A stretch of DNA of 64,000 bases. Origin: Anaerolineae bacterium. GTDB lineage: Bacteria > Chloroflexota > Anaerolineae > Promineifilales > Promineifilaceae. Position numbers and translations under genes: made by a program. Position 1 is the first letter of the stretch. Each line of letters opens with the position of its first letter. The DNA is taken from positions 55,956-119,955 of the forward strand of contig JAUIAP010000016.1 in the NCBI GenBank assembly GCA_030425205.1, in the 5' to 3' direction. The notes under the pieces are model-generated. The model was not told the origin of the DNA. It did not search any database and saw only the letters and a list, made by a program, of their open reading frames with translations. Shown here piece by piece: positions 48,526-57,833 of the stretch.

Positions 48526-49194
48526 TTACAAGGTGACTTGCAAACTGTAGAGATGTGCCTGTTTGTGTTTGCCAATTCTATGCACAAGCGCAAGTTTATG
48601 CAGGCAGTACATCATCTGCTGGGCGCGGCGGCGTGGGATGTTGGCATGATCGGCGAGATCAGCGGTCGTGAAGGGGGTTGGGAGCGTTTTTGGGAGGAGC
48701 AAGAGGAGATCGGCCGAATTCTCAATGCGCACCCAATCTTTAACTTTTAAGAGGCGACGCGCCGTGATCATCCAGCCGCGTCGCCGTCCATATTTGCGCT
48801 TGGGGTCATATTCGCGCTCAATTTCATCTTGCACTAGGAGCAGTTCGATCGAAAGATTGGGGTCATCGAGCGACGTGGGCAGCGCGACCAGTTGTTCAAA
48901 AATATCGTGCAGCGTGCCACGTTTGGGGGATTTGCGCCGCTTGCCCTGTTTGATGATCCAACGTTCGGCCGAAATTGGATAGACAATCGTGACGGCATGG
49001 GTGGGGAGAAAGTGGGAGAGTTTGGCCCTTAATCGGCCGAAGCTGCCTGTTTGAACTTCGATCAAGCGTTCCCCACGCACAATGTCAATCACAAACCGAT
49101 CGATTGGCACCTCAAACTGATCGCCGGGCTGCGCCAGCCACGACTTTACCTGTGCATGTAATTCCCGTTCGTTCAATGTGCCAATGTCGGACAT
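48526..49194 (-). CDS. Hypothetical protein, PD-(D/E)xK nuclease-like N-terminus with C-terminal wHTH-like region
   Basis: 'ERELHAQVKSWL..GDQFEVPIDRFVIDIVRGERLIEVQTGSF' has a D...E-x-Q pattern of the restriction-endonuclease fold. The C-terminus 'FTTADLADHANIPRRRAQQMMYCLHKLALVHRIGK' resembles an HTH. The assignment rests on motifs only. Confidence 0.45.
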   Translation of the reverse strand: MSDIGTLNERELHAQVKSWLAQPGDQFEVPIDRFVIDIVRGERLIEVQTGSFGRLRAKLSHFLPTHAVTIVYPISAERWIIKQGKRRKSPKRGTLHDIFEQLVALPTSLDDPNLSIELLLVQDEIEREYDPKRKYGRRRGWMITARRLLKVKDWVRIENSADLLLLLPKTLPTPFTTADLADHANIPRRRAQQMMYCLHKLALVHRIGKHKQAHLYSLQVTL

Positions 49195-49202
49195 GCCCTA
49201 AG

Positions 49203-50521
49203 GATCGCGAATTAAATAACTGTCGTAAATGATAGTTGCGGCATGGCACGATAATTCCACTTGGGCAGATAGGCATCAAAAATAATCGGCATCGTTTCCC
49301 TGAATGTGTCTGAAACCTTGCGACCAGTCTGGTAGAGTTTGTCGAAAACGGCGACAGAGACAGAAAGCCCAGTAGCCGTTTTGGTGCGTGCAATCAGGTC
49401 ACGAACGATGGCAACAGATTTGAAGACAACTCCTTGACAGGCAAGGGTGACATGGGGGAATAAGCGATGCTCAATCGGATTGTATTTGGAACAGTAAGGC
49501 GGATAATGGGCAATACGAATCTCGATGCCGATGTCATTGACCAATTTCTGTAATTCTTCCTTGAAAATATAATAGTGTGAACTGTTGCTGCCGCCACCAT
49601 CGCAAAGCAGCAGAATAGAGGTTGCATTGGGATAGTGATGTTGACCCGCACTCATCCACCAGTGCCGAATACTATCGCAGGCAAATTGACTGGTATCTTT
49701 ACTGGTTCCGATATGGATATACCCGTGATTGAGGGCTAAATCATAGAGCGCATGAGGAATCACAATGCCATCTGCGCTACTGGTAAAATCATGGTCATTG
49801 GTCTGGATAACCTGTTGGGTATACAGGCGACCGTCACGGTAAAAATTGCCCAGATACTCCTTCTTTTTCGTGTCCATACTCACGACAGGGTTGCCACTTT
49901 CCATGTACACTTTGCGTAGTTGTTCAATGTTCTTGAACTGTTCATCCCGATTAGCCACCTGACCCATTGTCACACTCTTCTGTGCTTTACGACGCCGAAA
50001 ACGATGTTGATTCAGTAACTTTTTGACCGTTGTCACACTCGTTTTTAATTGGTGTTCTTCCAGCATCATCTCGCTGATCTCTCTTGGTTTTAGATGTGTC
50101 CAGCGTATTCCCTCATCCATCGGGTCTCCCGCCGTATACGTCTCAATCACCTTAAGAAATGCTGCATTCAACCGTTCTTTTTTTGTCAAATGGTTTGCGC
50201 CCACCCCCTGGTCGGCGAATTCGTCCTGCTGGGATTTCATTCTTATTGCTCGCCAATTCAGCTTGCCCTCGTTGAATGGTTCTCGCTGAGCAACCCAACA
50301 CACTTTCCATATACAACTGTCCGCCATACCCCACCTTTTTGGCTTCTAGTGCTGCATAATGCCGCTTATCTCGCTCCGAGAGCGTTTCAAAAAACTTGCG
50401 CATTTGTTGTTCTATTTCTACGTCGTATTTTTTCATTTTTAGCTCCATTCTGTCAAAATATGATTGTAGTCCTTTCTCTTTCCCTTTGGCTACAATTACG
50501 ACATCTATTTAATTCGCGATC
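49203..50521 (-). mobile_element. ISAzo13-family insertion sequence (1319 bp) with 16-bp perfect terminal inverted repeats and a 5-bp target duplication
   Basis: The IRs are GATCGCGAATTAAATA (49203-49218) and TATTTAATTCGCGATC (50506-50521). Direct repeats CTAAG flank them at 49198-49202 and 50522-50526. The element contains ISAzo13-type transposase coding sequence. It has no TCGGCCGA copies. Confidence 0.85.
49212..50448 (-). pseudogene. ISAzo13-family DDE transposase split into two frames at an A7 run
   Basis: The N-terminal ORF (50448-50152) reads 'LSERDKRHYAALEAKKVGYGG..PAGRIRRPGGGRKPFDKK'. The C-terminal ORF (50327-49212) reads 'KKERLNAAFLKVIETYTAGDPMDEGIRWT..MDTKKKEYLGNF..LLLCDGGGSNSS..YCSKYNPIEHRLF'. 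The frames join at GACAAAAAAAGAA (T-run 50178-50184 on the plus strand). Removing one A restores a single ORF. Confidence 0.8.
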
Positions 50522-50640
50522 CTAAGTGTAACGAAAATAAGCGGCGTGCATGACCCAGACAGCACAAACTTACGCGAAATATTGATGGAGATGGTATGAT
50601 CAACTCTCTAAGAACTGTTACGCGATACACGAGGAAAAAG

Positions 50641-52641
50641 ATGCCCAACCGCCTTGCACAAGAAAGCAGCCCCTACCTACTACAACACGCCAACAACCCC
50701 GTCAACTGGTTCCCGTGGGGCGAAGATGCCCTTGCCCTTGCAAAATCAGAAGATAAACCGATCCTGATCAGCGTCGGCTATGCGGCGTGCCACTGGTGTC
50801 ACGTCATGGAACATGAGTCATTTGAAGATGAGCGTATCGCCGCGTTCATGAACGAAAACTTCGTCAACATCAAAGTTGATCGCGAAGAGCGTCCCGATCT
50901 CGATCAAATTTACATGAGCGCAGTACAGGCGATGACGGGTCAGGGGGGCTGGCCGATGAACGTCTTTTTGACCCCGGCTGGCGAACCATTCTATGGTGGC
51001 ACCTACTACCCGCCGACCCCACGCTACGGCATGGCGAGTTGGGGGCAAGTGCTGTCGGGGGTCGCCAATGCGTGGCAGACGCGCCGCGCTGATCTCACCA
51101 AGCAGGCGGGTGAAATGGCGGGACACATTCAGCAGGAATTTGCGCTCAAGAATCAGAACTATGTGCTTGACCCGCTGCTTTTCGAGCGGGCGGAAAAACA
51201 GTTCGACACCCAGTTTGACCGTTCACGCGGTGGCTTTGGTGGCGCACCTAAATTCCCGCCGTCGATGTCGCTTGAATTTCTGCTACGCATCGACTCGCTA
51301 GAGATGGTGACAACGACGTTCGATCAGATGGCATGGGGCGGCATCTATGACCATGTCGGCGGCGGCTTTGCGCGTTATTCGGTCGATGCCAACTGGCTGG
51401 TTCCCCATTTTGAGAAGATGCTCTACGACAATGCCCTGCTCGCCCGTGTCTACTTACACGCCTATCAGGTGACGGGGAATGCCCACTATCGCCAAGTGGT
51501 CGAGGAGACGCTCGACTGGACGTTACGCGAGATGACAGAGGATGGCGGTGGGTTTTACAGCAGTCTCGATGCGGATAGCGAGGGGGTCGAAGGCAAGTTC
51601 TATGTCTGGTCGCAAGCTGAGATAGAACAGATTCTCGGCGACGACGCACCACTGTTCATGGCACGCTATGACGTGACCGCACGCGGCAATTGGGAAGGCC
51701 ACAACATTCTCAACACCACCCACAGCAACTTAGCTGACGTCGCGGCACAATTTGATCTATCAATTGCGGCGGCTCAAAAGACGCTGGCCGCAGCACGACA
51801 AAAGCTGTTTGCCGTGCGAGCGCAACGGATTTGGCCGGGTCTCGATGACAAAATATTGACGGCGTGGAATGGGCTGATGTTGGCAGCGTTTGCGGAGGCG
51901 GGGCGCGTCTTAAAACGTGACGACTATTTGGCAGCAGCGGTCAAAAACGCCGATTTTCTTCATGCCACGATGCGAACTGATGCGGGTCGGTTATTGCGAA
52001 CATGGAAGGCGGGCAACGCGGCGAAATATAACGCCTATTTGGAAGATTACGCCTACCTAGCGGATGGGCTGTTGGCACTTTATCAGGCGACGTTCGACGT
52101 GCGCTGGTTTGAATGGGCGCAAGAGCTGACTGACATGATGATGACGCACTTTCAAGATAGTGAAAATGGGGGTTTTTATGACACGTCAGACGATCATGAA
52201 ACGTTGCTCTATCGACCGAAATCCCTACAAGACAATGCCACCCCCTCCGCCAACGCGATGGCGTGTAAGGTTTTGATTTTGATGAATCTTTTGACAGGTG
52301 ACGGCGCACTGGTCGATTATGCTGAAGAGATGGTCGCCGCGCTCTATCCCGCGCTTGCGCAATACCCAAACGGGTTCGCCCACTGGTTAGGGTGCGCGTG
52401 GTTACTGTTGAGCGAGCCAAAACAGGTGGCGCTGGTTGGCACCGATGTGAGCGAGTTGGCGGATGTGGTCTGGGGAGAATTTCGGCCGAATCTTGTCATC
52501 GCCGCTGGCACAGGTGACACACCACCCCTCTTGGCAAATCGCACACAAATCGGGGATCGGCCGACGGCCTACGTCTGCCAAAATTTCGTTTGTCAACTAC
52601 CCGTTACAGACCCAGAGAAGCTACGCGAACAGTTAAGTTAA
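50641..52641 (+). CDS. Thioredoxin-domain protein of the DUF255/YyaL (SPATA20-like) family
   Basis: '[52 protein letters not shown]' is present, followed by a six-hairpin glycosidase-like C-terminal domain. The start is taken at MPNRLAQE (50641). Confidence 0.9.
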   Translation: MPNRLAQESSPYLLQHANNPVNWFPWGEDALALAKSEDKPILISVGYAACHWCHVMEHESFEDERIAAFMNENFVNIKVDREERPDLDQIYMSAVQAMTGQGGWPMNVFLTPAGEPFYGGTYYPPTPRYGMASWGQVLSGVANAWQTRRADLTKQAGEMAGHIQQEFALKNQNYVLDPLLFERAEKQFDTQFDRSRGGFGGAPKFPPSMSLEFLLRIDSLEMVTTTFDQMAWGGIYDHVGGGFARYSVDANWLVPHFEKMLYDNALLARVYLHAYQVTGNAHYRQVVEETLDWTLREMTEDGGGFYSSLDADSEGVEGKFYVWSQAEIEQILGDDAPLFMARYDVTARGNWEGHNILNTTHSNLADVAAQFDLSIAAAQKTLAAARQKLFAVRAQRIWPGLDDKILTAWNGLMLAAFAEAGRVLKRDDYLAAAVKNADFLHATMRTDAGRLLRTWKAGNAAKYNAYLEDYAYLADGLLALYQATFDVRWFEWAQELTDMMMTHFQDSENGGFYDTSDDHETLLYRPKSLQDNATPSANAMACKVLILMNLLTGDGALVDYAEEMVAALYPALAQYPNGFAHWLGCAWLLLSEPKQVALVGTDVSELADVVWGEFRPNLVIAAGTGDTPPLLANRTQIGDRPTAYVCQNFVCQLPVTDPEKLREQLS

Positions 52642-52675
52642 CGTGGGGTGTGGCGTTCTTTTAGAAAAGGGGTTG

Positions 52676-52785
52676 GTGTCTTTAGATTTTCGCCACTAAG
52701 GTGCGTGGTGCGTGTCCAGAATACGTACCACGCACCACGCACCACGAATGATAATGTGGCTAAAACTTCATTGATACGAACAAAA
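52676..52785. repeat. Heptad-periodic hairpin repeat, family A copy 3
   Basis: The core is ggtgcgtggtgcgtg (52700-52714) paired with cgtaccacgcaccacgcaccacg (52724-52746). The outer arm GTGTCTTTAGATTTTCGCCACTAAGG is related to copies 2 and 4. It lies between convergent genes. Confidence 0.85.
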
Positions 52786-52794
52786 AACGAATTA

Positions 52795-54336
52795 TCAATA
52801 CGTCGGCAACCCAAGATCAACCATCTCTTGCCCTGCCAAAAACGCCTTTAACGCCGCCTTTGTCGCATCCCGATCGTCCCAATCATATTCTGTTGTGCCA
52901 AAACACATCGACTGTTCATGCCCTTTGCCACAGACGAGGACGAGGTCGTGTGCGCCCGCGCAGGTGAGCGCGTGATAGATGGCGCGACCGCGATCAGGGA
53001 TGCGCCAAAATGTCACCCCTTCTTTGCCGCCGTGTTTGCGACACCCTTCGGCCATCATCCCAAGAATATCATCCAGTGGCTCTTGTCGCGGGTCTTCGGC
53101 AGTAAGCACCGTCAGGTTGGCGTGCTGTTCAGAGATTTCGGCCATCATACGCCGCTTTTCGACATCGCGCCGACCTGCACTACCAAACACGGTGATAATT
53201 TTGCCAGTCGTCATACTGCGGGCTGCTTCGATGGCGCGTTTGAGCGCGTTCGGCGTGTGGGCAAAATCAACGATGACGGGGAACGGCTGCCCCATCACGA
53301 TCCGTTCCATGCGACCACTAATCAGCGTCACATTTTCGATCCCGCGTTTGATATGTTTATTTTCGATTTCGAGTGAGTGGGCAGCGGCGGCGGCGGCGAG
53401 CATGTTGTAGATGTTAAATCGGCCGACCAGCGGGGTTGCAATTTCGATGCCGAGCGGTTCTATGTTGAAGGTGGTTTTTTCGGCCGAAAAGCGCACCCCA
53501 TTTGCCCATATATCCCAGCGGTTGTCCATCCCATAGCTAATTTGCAGCGGCTTCTCAAATTGAGAGAGATATTCGGCCGAAACATCGTCCCCATTGATCA
53601 CGGTCGCCCGTTCCGCCAGTTCAAACAACCGCCCCTTTGCGTGTAGATAGTTCTCCCATGAGCCATGATAATCTAAATGCTCGTGGGTGACATTTGTCAT
53701 CACGGCGACATCGTAAAATGCAGTGTCGGCGCGATACTCCGCCAAGCCATAGCTGGTCGATTCCAGAACACAGTGTGTACAGCCATCATCGACCATTTTG
53801 CGCAGGAAAGCCTGCGTCTCAGGCGCTTGCGGCGTGCTGACGTGTAGCCCTGTCGGCTCCTCTCGATTGCCGATCACCGCCTTGATGGTGCTGATCATGC
53901 CCGTTTTGTGTCCAGCCGCGATCAGAATTTCATAGACAAGATTGGTCACCGACGTTTTGCCATCTGTCCCCGTTACACCCACAACGGTCAAATGTTGGCC
54001 GGGAAAATCGTGCCATGCGGCCGCCAGCCATGTCTCGACCATTGCCGTATCTGGCACAGTCCAGACACGGGCATGGTTCTCTGGAACGCCCGCCTGCCCC
54101 GCCTGCGCGATGACCAACGCCGCACCTTTTTCCAATGCCTGCAAGACAAAGGGGTGTCCGTTGCTGTAGGGGCGCACGCGCGCAATGAAGCAGTCGCCCA
54201 CTTCAACAAGCCGACTGTCTTCAACGATGCGATTGAATGTAATGGGGGAACCCGTGTGCGGGGGTGGCAGCACATAGTCGTGCTGAACTGCAAAGGCGTG
54301 CCATGTTGCGAGAAGATCGGTGATCGTTTTGCTCAT
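52795..54336 (-). CDS. murE: UDP-N-acetylmuramoyl-L-alanyl-D-glutamate ligase adding the third residue (MurE)
   Basis: 'VVGVTGTDGKTSVTNL', 'VLESTSYGL' and 'LTAEDPRQE' are present. The Mur ligase three-domain pattern is seen at about 510 aa. Confidence 0.9.
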   Translation of the reverse strand: MSKTITDLLATWHAFAVQHDYVLPPPHTGSPITFNRIVEDSRLVEVGDCFIARVRPYSNGHPFVLQALEKGAALVIAQAGQAGVPENHARVWTVPDTAMVETWLAAAWHDFPGQHLTVVGVTGTDGKTSVTNLVYEILIAAGHKTGMISTIKAVIGNREEPTGLHVSTPQAPETQAFLRKMVDDGCTHCVLESTSYGLAEYRADTAFYDVAVMTNVTHEHLDYHGSWENYLHAKGRLFELAERATVINGDDVSAEYLSQFEKPLQISYGMDNRWDIWANGVRFSAEKTTFNIEPLGIEIATPLVGRFNIYNMLAAAAAAHSLEIENKHIKRGIENVTLISGRMERIVMGQPFPVIVDFAHTPNALKRAIEAARSMTTGKIITVFGSAGRRDVEKRRMMAEISEQHANLTVLTAEDPRQEPLDDILGMMAEGCRKHGGKEGVTFWRIPDRGRAIYHALTCAGAHDLVLVCGKGHEQSMCFGTTEYDWDDRDATKAALKAFLAGQEMVDLGLPTY

Positions 54337-54465
54337 GCCGCAATGATACTACAATGGATTTAGGAAATAAATAACGGGCGAAACGGTTGGCGCAAGTTGC
54401 AAGTGGCAAGGTAGGATGAGTCTCATACTTGCAACTTCTTACCCACGCAATGGATATTCGTTCAT

Positions 54466-54570
54466 GTCACGTAGTTTTCGCCACTTGATAAGTCGTGGTG
54501 CGTGGTGCGTACTCTGGACACGCACTACGCACCACGTACCACTCACCTAAGTGGCGCAAACCTAAAGACC
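54466..54570. repeat. Heptad-periodic hairpin repeat, family A copy 4
   Basis: The core is cgtggtgcgtggtgcgt (54494-54510) paired with acgcactacgcaccacgtaccac (54520-54542). The outer arms TGTCACGTAGTTTTCGCCACTTGATAAG / CCTAAGTGGCGCAAACCTAAAGAC are complementary. The left flank matches copy 2 (TGTCACG-AGTTTTCGC). Confidence 0.85.
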
Positions 54571-54594
54571 CTGCCCATATTCTTAAAATTCGCG

Positions 54595-55851
54595 CTATAA
54601 AACCGTACCATCGGGGATTATCGCCCCTTTTGGAATCACAATAATGCCACCGCTCGCCGTCCAATTTTGTGCCTGCTCATCGGGACGGTCAGGGATGTAG
54701 CGAATGACGACATTTTTGCCGATGCGAACATCTTTGTCGATGATCGCATAGTTGATCATCGAACCCATGCCGATGCCAATATCGGGGCGCTTGAGCCGCA
54801 CATTTTCGCGCTTCTGATCCGCTGTCTCATACAAATCAGACCCCATCATGACCACATGGTTGAGGGTTGTCTCCTTGCCGACAATACTGCGCAGACCGAT
54901 CACCGAGTCGCGCACGGTTGCATGGTAGAGTCGGCACCCATCACCAAGCATGACGTTTTGCAGACTGCTATCATGCACAATGGTGCCGGGTAGGAAACGG
55001 GGGCGGGTGTAAATCGGCCGATTTGCATCATAGAAATTAAAGGCGGGTGCTTCTTGCGTCAGTTCAATGTTGATGTCAAAAAAGCTCTTAATCGTTCCAA
55101 TGTCGGCCCAAAAACCATCATATTGGAAACCCATCACGCGATGTGTCTCCATTGCTGCTGGAATAATCTCCTTTCCGAAGTCATCCCCCTTCGTTTCCAA
55201 CAGTTCAAACAGCGTCTCGGTGCGGAAAACATAAATTCCCATCGACGCCATGTAAGGCTTTTTCGGATCGGTACCACTCGTCAAACCATCTAAAACGGCA
55301 GGGTCTTTTGGTTTTTCTTGAAATTCGACAATTTGATGATTCTCATCGAGCTTCAAAATTCCGAACCCAGTCGCCTCTTTGCGGGTGACGGGCTGGACGG
55401 CAATCGTCACATCTGCGCCGCTATCCTTATGAAACTCGCAAAACGCACGATAATCCATTCGATAGAGATGATCGCCAGAGAGAATGAGCGTGTATTCGGC
55501 CTTCGCCTCACGAATTTCGACCATCTGCTTGCGAACCGCATCGGCCGTTCCCTGATACCAATTTTCACTGTTCGGGGTTTGCTCCGCCGCTAAAATTTGC
55601 ACCCAGCCCTTTGTAAACATGTCGCGACCATAGGTGCGGTAGATGTGGCGATGGAGTGAGGCGGAGTTGAATTGAGTCAGAATGGCAATTTTGTCAATGC
55701 CCGCGTGAAAACAGTTGCTCATCGGAATGTCGATCAAGCGATACTTGCCAGCCAACGGCACAGCGGGTTTAGAACGTTCGTGTGTGAGTGGAAAAAGGCG
55801 CGTCCCACGACCCCCTCCGAGAATAAGACCCAAAACATTTGACATATCCAT
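54595..55851 (-). CDS. glgC: Glucose-1-phosphate adenylyltransferase
   Basis: 'LGLILGGGRGTRLFPLTHERSKPAVPLAGKYRLIDIPMSNC' is present, with a left-handed beta-helix C-terminus. Confidence 0.93.
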   Translation of the reverse strand: MDMSNVLGLILGGGRGTRLFPLTHERSKPAVPLAGKYRLIDIPMSNCFHAGIDKIAILTQFNSASLHRHIYRTYGRDMFTKGWVQILAAEQTPNSENWYQGTADAVRKQMVEIREAKAEYTLILSGDHLYRMDYRAFCEFHKDSGADVTIAVQPVTRKEATGFGILKLDENHQIVEFQEKPKDPAVLDGLTSGTDPKKPYMASMGIYVFRTETLFELLETKGDDFGKEIIPAAMETHRVMGFQYDGFWADIGTIKSFFDINIELTQEAPAFNFYDANRPIYTRPRFLPGTIVHDSSLQNVMLGDGCRLYHATVRDSVIGLRSIVGKETTLNHVVMMGSDLYETADQKRENVRLKRPDIGIGMGSMINYAIIDKDVRIGKNVVIRYIPDRPDEQAQNWTASGGIIVIPKGAIIPDGTVL

Positions 55852-56026
55852 TTTAAACTCTCCTTTATCGTGCTGAATTTTCGGCCGATTATAACACGAT
55901 CTTCTACATCCTCCCCCACCTTAACATAGCCAAAACAAACCATTGAAAAATCGATAACATGCCCAATCGTGGCACGATTGGGCGGGTTAAACATGCTGCG
56001 AGAACGCATCAAAATGTGCGTTTTCC

Positions 56027-56554
56027 ATGTGCCAAGTTGCCAATTATGAAGCCCCGCTCGCTCAACTGATGAACGCCCTAAAGATGTCTATGCGCTCTGA
56101 ACAAGCTACAATCCCCTCCATGAGTCGAGTTATCAACACGAACAACCCTAACAAATTACGCAACAAAAATCGCCGTCTGATCGCTGAACTGCTGCGCCGA
56201 ATGAGCAGCAAACCAGAGGTCGACGCGGAAGTACGCGACATGGCTGCCGCCGTTGTGCTGGCATTGCGCGAGATTGACGATGGACTAACCGTCACGATGG
56301 CCGCTTGGGAAAAGCGCGGCTATTGGATGAAAGCGGAGAAGTTTTATCAGGAATGGTCATGGACAAAAGAGTCCGCCGCTAATTTAGATGATGTGATTCG
56401 GCACGAGGCATGGGATTTACTGCCCAATCTACTGCTTGACCTATTCCCGCGCTTTGCCGACGTACAGATTGCCAAATACACACGTAAAGAAGATGCGTGG
56501 AAAGGCAAGCACGCCGAATTGATGGAGATGGAGCCGATGGCGTTGCCCTATTGA
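56027..56554 (+). CDS. Hypothetical protein (175 aa; start uncertain)
   Basis: This clean ORF has protein-like composition and no competing gene. I recognise no motif. Confidence 0.4.
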   Translation: MCQVANYEAPLAQLMNALKMSMRSEQATIPSMSRVINTNNPNKLRNKNRRLIAELLRRMSSKPEVDAEVRDMAAAVVLALREIDDGLTVTMAAWEKRGYWMKAEKFYQEWSWTKESAANLDDVIRHEAWDLLPNLLLDLFPRFADVQIAKYTRKEDAWKGKHAELMEMEPMALPY

Positions 56555-56611
56555 CGAGGCGCACTGCGCACTACGGAAAGATCGCTCGAAATCGCAACGC
56601 AGATAATAACG

Positions 56612-57634
56612 TTGTCTTCTAATTCAAGATACAGACCATATTGGCTCATGCTGCTTGTCGCCCTGCATTGGGGCTGGCTAATTGGATGCAATTCAGCACC
56701 GCTGCCAACCCCAACAGCAACAGTGGTCAAGCCGCCACCCGCGACGATGAAGCCCACTGTGACCGCTGTCATTTCGGCACCATTACCCAGCGAGCATCCC
56801 AGTTTGTCATCGCTCATTCCCACACCACAACCAAGCGCGACGCCAACCAGCACGCCTGATCCATTCACAAAAATCGTCACTGCGCTGCCGCCCACGCCCA
56901 CACAGTCCCCCTGTGCAACAACTGGCACAACGACAGCAGCCAGCTATACCAGCACCATTGAAGGCCCCACCCGCACCTATCGCATCTATCTACCCCCATG
57001 CTATGCAGCAGAAACGCGCACATACCCAACGCTCTACATGCTACATGGCAATCTCTATGGCGAGGAAGAGTGGGACAACATTGGCATCGACGATGAGGCG
57101 GATGCGCTAACATTGGCTGGGGAGGTTGCGCCAATGATTATCGTCATGCCAGAGGGTCGTCGCGTTAGTGACAACACGAGTGGTGGTGATTTTTCATATG
57201 AGGCGGTGCTGGTCAACGAGCTTATTCCGCATGTCGATGCGCTCTATCGTACCAATGGCGAGCGGGCGATTGGCGGACTGTCACGTGGCGGATACTGGGC
57301 AGCGGAGGTTGCCTTTCGCCATCCAGATCTATTTAGCGCGGTTGGATTACACGCGCCGGTCTTTTTGGACACAGGCGATGATCGGGCGATCAATCCATTG
57401 TGGACGGTCGAATCGGCCGAAATCAACACCCTCTGCATCGCCTTCGACTTTGGTTCAGAAGATTTCTATATCAGCACCGCACAACCGATCCGTGACGCGC
57501 TGCTCACCCGCCAAATTCCCCATAACTGGACGATCTACCCCGACGGCAGCCACGCCTACCCATACTGGTCAGAACATCGTGCCGACTATGTCCGTTGGTA
57601 TGCGCAACGATGGCAGCGGCAAAGGTGCGACTAA
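56612..57634 (+). CDS. Lipoprotein esterase (alpha/beta hydrolase, 'putative esterase' family)
   Basis: The TTG start gives a leader 'MSSNSRYRPYWLMLLVALHWGWLIGC' containing a lipobox. A Pro/Thr-rich linker follows. 'YPTLYMLHGNLYGEEEW' and 'GGLSRGGYWA' (a GxSxG variant) are present. Confidence 0.7.
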   Translation: MSSNSRYRPYWLMLLVALHWGWLIGCNSAPLPTPTATVVKPPPATMKPTVTAVISAPLPSEHPSLSSLIPTPQPSATPTSTPDPFTKIVTALPPTPTQSPCATTGTTTAASYTSTIEGPTRTYRIYLPPCYAAETRTYPTLYMLHGNLYGEEEWDNIGIDDEADALTLAGEVAPMIIVMPEGRRVSDNTSGGDFSYEAVLVNELIPHVDALYRTNGERAIGGLSRGGYWAAEVAFRHPDLFSAVGLHAPVFLDTGDDRAINPLWTVESAEINTLCIAFDFGSEDFYISTAQPIRDALLTRQIPHNWTIYPDGSHAYPYWSEHRADYVRWYAQRWQRQRCD

Positions 57635-57737
57635 TCTACTACAGCGTCTTTCCACACTTTCGGCATCCCAAAGCGCGCTCGCCATTGACACCACACGTAG
57701 ACAAATCCATAGACCGCCAGAAATTGAATAGATGTGA

Positions 57738-57763
57738 TGTTTCGGGATTTGGAAATCCCGAAA
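57738..57763. terminator. Perfect 12-bp palindromic hairpin, family C-related, between convergent genes
   Basis: GTTTCGGGATTT-GG-AAATCCCGAAAC is followed by a T-rich stretch. It shares a TTCGGGAWWTGGAWWTCCCGAA pattern with the copies at 29593-29657. Confidence 0.7.
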
Positions 57764-57833
57764 CACCATGTTTTCTGGCTCTCGATATCTAAAGAGCTTG
57801 CAGGTGTATATCTACCTGCAAGCCTTCCATAAG

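Noticed and set aside
4186-54570. Possibility that the short tandem/inverted repeats represent a CRISPR array
   Set aside because: The units are 7 nt in direct tandem and form hairpins, with no 25-40-nt repeats separated by unique spacers. No cas genes are present.
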